Assembly: GCA_964187785.1 (NCBI GenBank)
Contig: OZ076409.1
Span: 26,414,001-26,478,000 of the forward strand
Direction: 5' to 3'
Length of the DNA: 64,000 nt
DNA from: Amphiscolops sp. MND2022
Lineage: Eukaryota
The notes under the pieces are model-generated. The model made no database searches. It worked only from the letters and a program-made list of their open reading frames with translations, and had not been told where the DNA came from. Both the position numbers and the translations under genes were made by a program. Below, in pieces: positions 52,840 to 64,000 of this stretch (position 1 is the first letter of the stretch; each line of letters starts with the position of its first letter).

Positions 52840-54421
52840 ATGCTTTTTGCCAATGTTTTCTTCCAGACTAAGCCAGTCGTTCAAGCTTTGGATCCTGACA
52901 CTCAAATCTGGGAGGAGGCTAAAATCGAAGGTTTTGAAGGCACCAATCATGTTCGTGTTAATTTTACGCGCTGGGGAAAAAACAAGGACCCTGTTCGGGT
53001 TCTTTTTTGTGACCCCCAAGTTCATCTTGAAAATTGGCCAGTCAGGAAAGCTCTTGAAGAAGTTCTATTTCCCAGACGACACAATATTGATTACAAACTG
53101 GATTACACTAAGGAAAAATTCGCAAAAGGCGATATAGTATATTTTGTTGGGTCGACTGCGCCATCGGTTGGTGATATTATGGAGCCTTGGGAGATGAAAC
53201 AAATGATCCAAGAAGCATCAGTTTTGAAATCTGGAACTGTGCTAATCAATGATAGGTTTAGAAAAACTTTGCTGATTTGCTCCAATGTGGAGAAGTTTTA
53301 TATTTCGTACAACCAGTTGAGGAACTCTGACTGGCAAAAAGAAGGAATAGCTGACGAAGAAGAAATGATACCAATCCCAGTTGCCAAAAAATTGAAAGTT
53401 GAAGTGAAAGCTGTAGTGAAAGAGAAACAGTCGAAGATCAACATTGGAGACATTTTGCGGGCATTGTGCGGATCTGACGAAACCGTTAGCCTGACACTTG
53501 TTCCCACTACGAACGGAATACTAGCAGCAGGATCACGTGTTGTAATAGACTTGTCACAGACGGGGGTTGTACGAAAGCTTTTTTTTGACCGCAGGGAGGC
53601 GCACGCGATGGCAGAAGTAACTTTAGACGGGAGTAAGAGATACATTGGACTGCCAGCCACAGAAGTTCGACTGTCAGTAGACCCCAATCAATCACTTAAG
53701 AAGCAACAGGAAATCAATTATATGAAATCCCCAGAACTCACAGTGAGGAACCCTAACTTGCACCCAGTTGATGAAGTTTTCACAGTGTTTTCCGCCATCA
53801 AACGGGAACTTTTCCTCTCTTACGACACAATCAGCCACACAGAAATAATATACAGTCCTGTGCCATTTTACATTAGGCAAGTTTTGGGCTGTGAATCGTC
53901 AAGAGATTCGGTAAGCATATGCTAATTGTCAAAGTAGTTAATAGCATCATTGACAACAAGTCTTTGAAAACACTGTGGAGTGTAATTATTGAACTTCCCA
54001 GGGCATTGAAAATCTTGAACAATTTTTTAATCCAGCGTTGCAACTCCAAGGGCTTTCATAACTTTCAGCAATTTTGTATCTGAAGACTATACATGAAACC
54101 TTCATCAAGCGTTTGTTTTATAATTGTATTTCATTAGTTTTCTTCCATTGGCAGAAATTCACTATCAACGAGGAGCGGGGATCGCATGGAAACAAAGTGT
54201 TTGATGAAATTCTCGGTAAGAAATGGGATCTCCTTGAAACCAGGCCGGATGCTGAGAAGTTTTTCAATCATGTCCTCTTGGGGGTGCGGTTCAAAGTAAA
54301 AACCAGTCTCGCTTTTGAAGCCCTCAAAATTCAAGTTCAAGGACACAGAGGAAACTACGAGGACTATGAAAACTATCGCGAGTTAATCTCGAAAAACACA
54401 AAAACCTCCTTGGCAGCTTGA
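52840..54421 (+). CDS. Accessory protein, ~445 aa, 2 exons, with N-terminal Tudor/chromo-barrel(MBT)-like domain
   Basis: Exons 52840-53910 and 54155-54421 join in phase 0 (TCG|GTAAGC, GCAG|AAA). N-terminus VQALDPDTQIWEEAKIEGFEGTNHVRVNFTRW resembles Royal-family EAxD..WYxAxI....vxvhFxxW. The gene call is firmer than the domain call. Confidence 0.7.
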
Positions 54422-55173
54422 TAACTTGTGCATTTTCAATTATTCGTTTCTGTTTTTTGATGTAAATTTTGGTTACTTTGATATTCGTTAGATCATATTA
54501 ACATTTACTTTTACCAATAAATAAATTCGAGGAATTAGATAGCTCTTGATTCGATTTTTGTCGTTGAATTATTTCAACTACTTCTGAGGAAAAATGCTAA
54601 GCTGGTAGAGAGTGAAATTTACAATGAGCAAGAGGAGGCATCGGAATTCTTAAACAATTTTACAGGACAAAGTGTATAACTTGTGATTTAAAAAACTTCT
54701 AATTGTGTATCAAAATTACTTTATTAAAATTACTGTGAATCAGCGAATTGCTGCAAGCGACTGCAAACGCATTTTCGTCAAAACCACAATAACATGCGTT
54801 TTTATTAGGATTACTAAAGATTAGTATAAGAAATCCTATTTGTGTATAATGAATCCTTTTTGTGTATAAGAAATACTGTTTGTCTATATGTTCTCCGCGG
54901 AAATAGTATAACTTATACTTGACACTAGTATAAGAAATCCTTATAATGGGGATATTTATGGATATTTATTAGAAATCCTAATAAGTCGCATTAGGTTTCC
55001 TGATAGTAGGTATATAAAATCCTCCGTTTTCACCAAATATTAAAAATCCTTAAATTTTCGAAAAAGTTAAAACATACAAATAGGTAATAATAATACAAAA
55101 AATAATACATTAGGGGCCAGTGAAAATTCCCTTGTGGAGCATTTAAGGATATTTAATAAACTTTTGAGGCTCG

Positions 55174-55194
55174 TGAAAGTTGTGTCTTGTAATG
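55174..55194 (-). repeat. Right TIR
   Basis: TGAAAGTTGTGTCTTGTAATG followed by the AT TSD. Confidence 0.97.
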
Positions 55195-55196
55195 AT

Positions 55197-58100
55197 GAAC
55201 AATTGATGGTAGGGCCTTTGTCTTTCATTAACCGTTCTCGCTGGCCAAACTCATTTCACACTATAAATCAAGAAGTGATGTCACTCAGGTCTCTTCGGAC
55301 AAGGAAGGAGGGTGAAGAAATAGCTGAAGTATGGGCTGGAGTATTTTGGCAATTACAACGAAGAATGTTTGTGTCCACATATAGAACACCATTCAAGGGT
55401 GAAGATCTTTTGGAGTGTGTTGGCGATGCTCCGACCTTATACGGTCGCAAAATTGCCCGGAGGCTGTGGTCGAGAGAGGAGCTCAGTAACTCCATTATGT
55501 CCCCGGGGAAAGATTTGGAGTTCAGGGAGTATCCCCGCAATCCCATGACTCCAACGCGAAAGCTCTCTTCCATGGTTAATAGTTTCTTGGCGAGAATTGT
55601 TTTCCGGAAGTAAAAAGTTCTGCATGTATCGTTGTAATTTGATGTTTTAACCATAGGTCGATGCATTGTTTGAAAATATGCACGCTATAGATGCTTATTC
55701 GAAAGTTTTTGTTTCGTTGACATTTTTTGTTTGCTCAGAGCGCGTTGAAGACAAGTTCCTTTCCGTTCCGGGATGCTAGATCAAGTCCCGCAACAGCGTC
55801 GACCATTTGGGAACGGAGCTGAAAAACCATTCTAAGAATGTGAAGAAACAATCGATGCCACCGAGCACTGCGACAACAAGCTCAGCTATGATGTCTCCTG
55901 CGGAAGATGATGTCTCCTGAGTCGGTTAAACTGGTAGTGAACACATGTGCGCCATTGGAAGAGTCCACCGGAGTGTATGTTCATATGAGTGTTTTAAATT
56001 TTACTAAACACGATGATATTTCGAATGACCGTGACGTACTTTGAATATTTTTCGAAAACGTGCATTACAGATGTTCTTGGAAATGAGCAAAACTATTGTA
56101 AAGAACTGGCTTTAGCTGACGCTTAAGTTACCGCAGAACTATTGAACGGCTGCAGTGTAACGTCACACAAAGAGTTGCAAGCGAACAAGGACAACAAAAA
56201 TTCCGAATTGGAAGACCATCTGACTGAAGAGTACCAAATATCGTTGAAAGATTTTTTCCAACCGATCAAGTTCATTATTGACCGGCCAGACGTTATACAT
56301 GTCTTGACGTTTTCGCAAGAAGAGATGTGGAAAAAGGTATCGGAATGAACTTAGCTGGGTTGTTGGCTAATATTCCAACATCTGAAGAGTTGCCAGCGGA
56401 TGCTCATGTATCTCTGTTCCAGCGAAAAAAAAGAACAATTGATGGTAGGGCCTTTGTCTTTCGTTGACCATTCTCGCTGGCCAAACTCATTTCACACTAT
56501 AATTCAAGAAGTGATGTCACTCAGGTCTCTTCGGACAAGGACGGAGGGTGAAAAAATAACTGAAGTATGGGCTGGAATATTTTGGCAATTACAACGAAGA
56601 ATGTTTGTGTCCACATATAGAACACCATTCAAAGGTGAAGATCTTTTGGAGTGTGTTGGCGATGCTCCGACCTTATACGGTCGCAAAATTGCCCGGAGGC
56701 TCTGGTCGAGAGAGGAGCTCAGTAACTCCATTATGTCCCCGGGGAAAAATTTGGAGTTCAGGGAGTATCCCCGCAGTCCCATGACTCCAACGCGGAAGCT
56801 CTCTTCCATGGTTAATAGTTTCATGGCGAGAATTGATTTGCGGAAGTAAAAAGTTCTGCATGTATCGTTGTAATTTGATGTTTTAACCTTAGGTCGATGC
56901 ATTGTTTGAAAATATGCACGCTATAGATGCTTGTTCGAAAGTTTTTGTTTCGTTGATAATTTTTGTTTGCTCAGAGCGCGTTGAACACAAGTTCCTTTCC
57001 GTTCCGGGATGCTAGATCAAGTCCCGCAACAGCGTCGATCATTTGGGAACGGAGCTGAAAAACCAATCTAAGAAACAATCGATGCCACCGAGCATTGCGA
57101 CAACAAGCTCGGCTATGATGTCTCCTGCGGAAGATGATGTCTCCTGAGTCGGTTAAACTGGTAGTGAACACATGTGCGCTATTGGAAGAGTCCACCGGAG
57201 TGTATGTTCATATGAGTGTTTCATATTTTATTAAACATGATGATATTTTGAATGAACGTGACGTACTTTGAATATTTTTTGAAAACATGCATTACAGATG
57301 TTTTTGAAATGAGCAAAAATTATTGTAAAGGACTGGCTTTAGCTGACGCTTAAGTTACCGCAGAACTATTGAACGGCTGCAGTGTAACGTCACACAAAGA
57401 GTTGCAAGCGAACAAGGACAACAAAAATTCCGAATTGGAAGACCATCTGACTGAAGAGTACCAAATATCGTTGAAAGATTTTTTCCAACCGATCAAGTTC
57501 ATTATTGACCGGCCAGACGTTATACAAGTCTTGACGTTTTCGCATGAAGAGATGTGGAAAAAGGTACCGGAATGAACTTAGCTGGGTTGTTGGCTAATAT
57601 TCCAACATCTGAAGAGTTGTCAGTGGATGCTCATGTATCTGTGTTCCAGCGAAAAAATGAACAATTGATGGTAGGGCCTTTGTCTTTCATTAACCGTTCT
57701 CGCTGGCCAAACTCATTTCACACTATAAATCAAGAAGTGATGTCACTCAGGTCTCTTCGGACAAGGACGGAGGGTGAAAAAATAACTGAAGTATGGGCTG
57801 GAGTATTTTGGCAATTACAACGAAGAATGTTTGTGTCCACATATAGAACACCATTCAAAGGTGAAGATCTTTTGGAGTGTGTTGGCGATGCTCCGACCTT
57901 ATACGGTCGCAAAATTGCCCGGAGGCTCTGGTCGAGAGAGGAGCTCAGTAACTCCATCATGTCCCCGGGGAAAATTTGGAGTTCAGGGAGTATCCCCGCA
58001 GTCCCATGACTCCAACGCGGAAGCTCTCTTCCATGGTTAATAGTTTCATGGCGAGAATTGATTTCCGGAAGTAAAAAGTTCTGCATGTATCGTTGTAATT

Positions 58101-61100
58101 TGATGTTTTAACCTTAGGTCGATGCATTGTTTGAAAATATGCACGCTATAGATGCTTGTTCGAAAGTTTTTGTTTCGTTGATAATTTTTGTTTGCTCAGA
58201 GCGCGTTGAACACAAGTTCCTTTCCGTTCCGGGATGCTAGATCAAGTCCCGCAACAGCGTCGACCATTTGGGAACGGAGCTGAAAAACCATTCTAAGAAT
58301 GTGAAGAAACAATCGATGCCACCGAGCATTGCGACAACAAGCTCGGCTATGATGTCTCCTGCGGAAGATGATGTCTCCTGAGTCGGTTAAACTGGTAGTG
58401 AACACATGTGCGCCATTGGAAGAGTCCACCGGAGTGTATGTTCATATGAGTGTTTCATATTTTATTAAACATGATGATATTTTGAATGAACGTGACGTAC
58501 TTTGAATATTTTTTGAAAACATGCATTACAGATGTTTTTGAAATGAGCAAAAATTATTGTAAAGGACTGGCTTTAGCTGACGCTTAAGTTACCGCAGAAC
58601 TATTGAAAGGCTGCAGTGTAACGTCACACAAAGAGTTGCAAGCGAACAAGCACAACAAAAATTCCGAATTGGAAGACCATCTGACTGAAGAGTACCAAAT
58701 ATCGTTGAAAGATTTTTTCCAACTGATCAAGTTCATTATTCACCGGTCAGATGTTATACAAGTCTTTACGTTTCCGCAAGAAGAGATGTGGAAAAGGTAT
58801 TGGAATGAACTTAGCTGGGTTGTTGGCTAGTATTCCAACATCTGAAGAGTTGCCAGCGGTTCCTAAGGTATCTGTGTTCCAGCGCAAAAATGAACAATTG
58901 ATGGTAGGGCCTTTGTCTTTCGTTAACCATTCTCGCTGGCCAAACTCATTTCACACTATAAATCAAGAAGTGATGTCACTCAGGTCTCTTCGGACAAGGA
59001 CGGAGGGTGAAAAAATAACTGAAGTATGGGCTGGAGTATTTTGGCAATTACAACGAAGAATGTTTGTGTCCACATATAGAACACCATTCAAAGGTGAAGA
59101 TCTTTTGGAGTGTGTTGGCGATGCTCCGACCTTATACGGTCGCAAAATTGCCCGGAGGCTCTGGTCGAGAGAGGAGCTCAGTAACTCCATTATGTCCACG
59201 GGGAAAAATTTGGAGTTCAGGGAGTATCCCCGCAGTCCCATGACTCCAACGCGGAAGCTCTCTTCCATGGTTAATAGTTTCTTGGCGAGAATTGATTTCC
59301 GGAAGTAAAAAGTTCTGCATGTATCGTTGTAATTTGATGTTTTAACCTTAGGTCGATGCATTGTTTGAAAATATGCACGCTAAGATGCTTGTTCGAAAGT
59401 TTTTGTTTCGTTGATAAATTTTGTTCGCTCAGAGCGCGTTGAACACCAGTTCCTTTCCGTTCCGGGATGCTAGATCAAGTCCCGCAACAGCGTCGACCAT
59501 TTGAGAACGGAGCTGAAAAACCATTCTAAGAATGTGAAGAAACAGTCGATGCCACCGAGCACTGCGACAACAAGCTCGGCTATGATGTCTCCTGCGGAAG
59601 ATGATGTCTCCTGAGTCGGTTAAACTGGTAGTGAACACATGTGCGCCATTGGAAGAGTCCACGGAGTGTATGTTCATATGAGTGTTTCATATTTTATTAA
59701 ACAGGATGATATTTCGAATGAACGTGACGTACTTTGAATATTTTTTGAAAACATGCATTACAGATGTTTTTGGAAATGAGCAAAAATTATTGTAAAGGAC
59801 TGGCTTTAGCTGACGCTTAAGTTACCGCAGAACTATTGAACGGCTGCAGTGTAACGTCACACAAAGAGTTGCAAGCGAACAAGGACAACAAAAATTCCGA
59901 ATTGGAAGACCATCTGACTGAAGAGGACCAAATATCGTTGAAAGATTTTTTCCAACCGATCAAGTTCATTATTGACCGGCCAGACGTTATACAAGTCTTG
60001 ACGTTTTCGCAAGAAGAGATGTGGAAATAGGTATCGGAATGAACTTAGCTGGGTTGTTGGCTAATATTCCAACATCTGAAGAGTTGCCAGCGGATGCTCA
60101 TGTATCTCTGTTCCAGCGAAAAAAAAAGAATTGATGGTACGGCCTTTGCCTTTCGTTGACCATTCTCGCTGGCCAAACTCATTTCACACTATAAATCAAG
60201 AAGTGATGTCACTGAGGTCTCTCCGGACAAGGACGGAGGGTGAAAAAATAACTGAATTATGGGCTGGAGTATTTTGGCAATTACAACGAAGAATGTTTGT
60301 GTCCACATATAGAACACCATTCAGAGGTGAAGATCTTTTGGAGTGTGTTGGCGATGCTCCGACCTTATACAGTCGCAAAATTGCCCGGAGGCTCTGGTCG
60401 AGAGAGGAGCTCAGTAACTCCATTATGTTACCGGGGAAAAATTTGGAGTTCAGGGAGTATCCCCGCAGTCCCATGACTCCAACGCGGAAGCTCTCTTCCA
60501 TGGTTAATAGTTTTTTGGCGAGAATTGATTTCCGGAAGTAAAAATTTCTGCATGTATCGTTGTAATTTGATGTTTTAACCTTAGGTCGATGCATTGTTTG
60601 AAAATATGCACGATATAGATGCTTGTTCGAAAGTTTTTGTTTCGTTGATAAATTTTGTTTGCTCAGAGCGCGTTGAACACAAGTTCCTTTCCCTTCCGGG
60701 ATGCTAGATCAAGTCCCGCAACAGCGTCGACCATTTGGAAACGGAGCTGAAAAACCATTCTAAGAATGTGAAGAAACAATCGATGCCACCGAGCACTGCG
60801 ACAACAAGCTCGGCTATGATGTCTCCTGCGGAAGATGATGTCTCCTGAGTCGGTTAAACTGGTAGTGAACACATGTGCGCCATTGGAAGAGTCCACCGGA
60901 GTGTATGTTCATATGAGTGTTTCATATTTTATTAAACATGATGATATTTCGAATGAACGTGACGTACTTTGAATATTTTTTTTGAAAACATGCATTACAG
61001 ATGTTTTTGGAAATGAGCAAAAATTATTGTAAAGGACTGGCTTTAGCTGACGCTTAAGTTACCGCAGAACTATTGAACGGCTGCAGTGTAACGTCACACA

Positions 61101-64000
61101 AAGAGTTGCAAGCGAACAAGGACAACAAAAATTCCGAATTGGAAGACCATCTGACTGAAGAGTACCAAATATGGTTGAAAGATTTTTTCCAACCGATCAA
61201 GTTCATTATTGACCGGCCAGACGTTATACAAGTCTTTACGTTTTCGCAAGAAGAGATGTGGAAAAAAGTATCGGAATGAACTTAGCTGGGTTGTTGGCTA
61301 ATATTCCAACATCTGAAGAGTTGCCAGCGGATGCTCATGTATCTCTGTTCCAGCGAAAAAAAAGAACAATTGATGGTAGGGCCTTTGTCTTTCGTTGACC
61401 ATTCTCGCTGGCCAAACTCATTTCACACTATAAATCAAGAAGTGATGTCACTCAGGTCTCTTCGGACAAGGACGGAGGGTGAAAAAATAACTGAAGTATG
61501 GGCTGGAGTATTTTGGCAATTACAACGAAGAATGTTTGTGTCCACATATAGAACACCATTCAAAGGTGAAGATCTTTTGGAGTGTGTTGGCGATGCTCCG
61601 ACCTTATACGGTCGCAAAATTGCCCGGAGGCTCTGGTCGAGAGAGGAGCTCAGTAACTCCATTATGTCCCCGGGGAAAAATTTGGAGTTCAGGGAGTATC
61701 CCCGCAGTCCCATGACTCCAACGCGGAAGCTCTCTTCCATGGTTAATAGTTTCATGGCGAGAATTGATTTCCGGAAGTAAAAAGTTCTGCATGTATCGTT
61801 GTAATTTGATGTTTTAACCTTAGGTCGATGCATTGTTTGAAAATATGCACGCTATAGATGCTTGTTCGAAAGTTTTTGTTTCGTTGATAATTTTTGTTTG
61901 CTCAGAGCGCGTTGAACACAAGTTCCTTTCCCTTCCGGGATGCTAGATCAAGTCCCGCAACAGCGTCGACCATTTGGGAACGGAGCTGAAAAACAGTTCT
62001 AAGAATGTGAAGAAACAATCGATGCCACCGAGCACTGCGACAAAAAGCTCGGCTATGATGTCTCCTGCGGAAGATGATGTCTCTTGAGTCGGTTAAACTG
62101 GTAGTGAACACATGTGCGCCATTGGAAGAGTCCACCGGAGTGTATGTTCATATGAGTGTTTCATATTTTATTAAACATGATGATATTTCGAATGAACGTG
62201 ACGTACTTTGAATATTTTTTTTGAAAACATGCATTACAGATGTTCTTGGAAATGGGCAAAAAATATTGTAAAGGACTGGCTTTAGCTGACGCTTAAGTTA
62301 CCGCAGAACTATTGAACGGCTGCAGTGTAACGTCACACAAAGAGTTGCAAGCGAACAAGGACAACAAAAATTCCGAATTGGAAGACCATCTGACTGAAGA
62401 GTACCAAATATCGTTGAAAGATTTTTTCCAACCGATCAAGTTCATTATTGACCGGCCAGACGTTATACAAGTCTTGACGTTTTCGCAAGAAGAGATGTGG
62501 AAAAAAGTATCGGAATGAACTTAGCTGGGTTGTTGGCTAATATTCCAACATCTGAAGAGTTGCCAGCGGATGCTCATGTATCTCTGTTCCAGCGAAAAAA
62601 AAGAACAATTGATGGTAGCGCCTTTGTCTTTCGTTGACCATTCTCGCTGGCCAAACTTATTTCACACTATAAATCAAGAAGTGATGTCACTCAGGTCTCT
62701 TCGGACAAGGACGGAGGGTGAAAAAATAACTGAAGTATGGGCTGGAATATTTTGGCAATTACAACGAAGAATGTTTGTGTCCACATATAGAACACCATTC
62801 AAAGGTGAAGATCTTTTGGAGTGTGTTGGCGATGCTCCGACCTTATACGGTCGCAAAATTGCCCGGAGGCTCTGGTCGAGAGAGGAGCTCAGTAACTCCA
62901 TTATGTCCCCGGGGAAAAATTTGGAGTTCAGGGAGTATCCCCGCAGTCCCATGACTCCAACGCGGAAGCTCTCTTCCATGGTTAATAGTTTCATGGCGAG
63001 AATTGATTTGCGGAAGTAAAAAGTTCTGCATGTATCGTTGTAATTTGATGTTTTAACCTTAGGTCGATGCATTGTTTGAAAATATGCACGCTATAGATGC
63101 TTGTTCGAAAGTTTTTGTTTCGTTGATAATTTTTGTTTGCTCAGAGCGCGTTGAACACAAGTTCCTTTCCCTTCCGGGATGCTAGATCAAGTCCCGCAAC
63201 AGCGTCGACCATTTGGGAACGGAGCTGAAAAACAGTTCTAAGAACGTGAAGAAACAATCGATGCCACAGAGCACTGCGACAAAAAGCTCGGCTATGATGT
63301 CTCCTGCGGAAGATGATGTCTCCTGAGTCGGTTAAACTGGTAGTGAACACATGTGCGCCATTGGAAGAGTCCACCGGAGTGTATGTTCATATGAGTGTTT
63401 CATATTTTATTAAACATGATGATATTTCGAATGAACGTGACGTACTTTGAATATTTTTTTTGAAAACATGCATTACAGATGTTTTTGGAAATGAGCAAAA
63501 ATTATTGTAAAGGACTGGCTTTAGCTGACGTTTAAGTTACCGCAGAACTATTGAACGGCTGCAGTGTAACGTCACACAAAGAGTTGCAAGCGAACAAGGA
63601 CAACAAAAATTCCGAATTGGAAGACCATCTGACTGAAGAGTACCAAATATTGTTGAAAGATTTTTTACAACCGATCAAGTTCATTATTGACCGGCCAGAC
63701 GTTATACAAGTCTTGACGTTTTCGCAAGAAGAGATGTGGAAAAAGGTATCGGAATGAACTTAGCTGGGTTGTTGGCTAATATTCCAACATCTGAAGAGTT
63801 GCCAGCGGATGCTCATGTATCTCTGTTCCAGCGAAAAAAAGAACAATTGATGGTAGGGCCTTTGTCTTTCGTTGACCATTCTCGCTGGCAAAACTCATTT
63901 CACACTATAAATCAAGAAGTGATGTCACTCAGGTCTCTTCGGACAAGGACAGAGGGTGAAAAAAATAACTGAAGTATGGGCTGGAGTATTTTGGCAATTA
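55197..64000 (+). repeat. Continuation of the ~1.23-kb SET/BEN tandem array (>7 units, runs off the window)
   Basis: Homologous ORFs at 56142, 57369, 58603, 59836, 61073, 62312 and 63551 (spacing 1227-1239). The first unit began at 35324, before the insertion. Confidence 0.95.

Larger units (their letters stand above)
35831..55194. mobile_element. Giant (19,364 bp) TIR DNA transposon with a RAG1/Transib/Chapaev-like transposase and SET, JmjC and Tudor-like cargo genes
   Basis: Perfect 21-bp TIRs and AT target duplication (35829-30, 55195-96). Removing the element restores GCGAAAAAATGAACAATTG, as at the empty site 27959-27977. A DDE transposase gene lies inside. Confidence 0.95.

Noticed and set aside
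35831..55194. Polinton/Maverick or endogenous virus (size of 15-20 kb fits)
   Set aside because: No pPolB, retroviral-type integrase, ATPase or capsid ORFs recognised. TIRs are short and the TSD is 2 bp rather than 6 bp.
28040..63374. Repeated minus-strand ORFs (132, 62 and 74-82 aa) and the 68-aa plus-strand ORFs as genes
   Set aside because: They are antisense shadows or broken frames of the tandem unit; their recurrence reflects DNA repetition.

Overview
Repeat-rich, AT-rich eukaryotic DNA with GT-AG introns (probably animal). The first ~24 kb is mostly decayed or non-autonomous DNA transposons (hAT, Tc1/mariner, MULE, a foldback) around one probable host gene with two MYND fingers. From 24.2 kb there is a near-identical 7,862-bp tandem duplication and a ~1.23-kb tandem array. 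The array unit fuses a decayed Suv4-20-like SET domain to a BEN-domain fragment. Main discovery: a 19,364-bp DNA transposon (35831-55194) inserted in this array, with perfect 21-bp TIRs (CATTACAAGACACAACTTTCA), a 2-bp AT target duplication, and its empty site visible in the sister copy. It carries four spliced genes that look intact: a RAG1/Transib/Chapaev-like DDE transposase with a C-terminal BRCT domain, a PR-Set7-like SET methyltransferase, a KDM7/PHF8/KDM2-like JmjC demethylase, and a divergently transcribed protein starting with a Tudor/chromo-barrel-like domain. This suggests a chromatin writer-eraser-reader toolkit on one mobile element. Domain calls come from motif recognition by eye and splice models are inferred; no searches were run.
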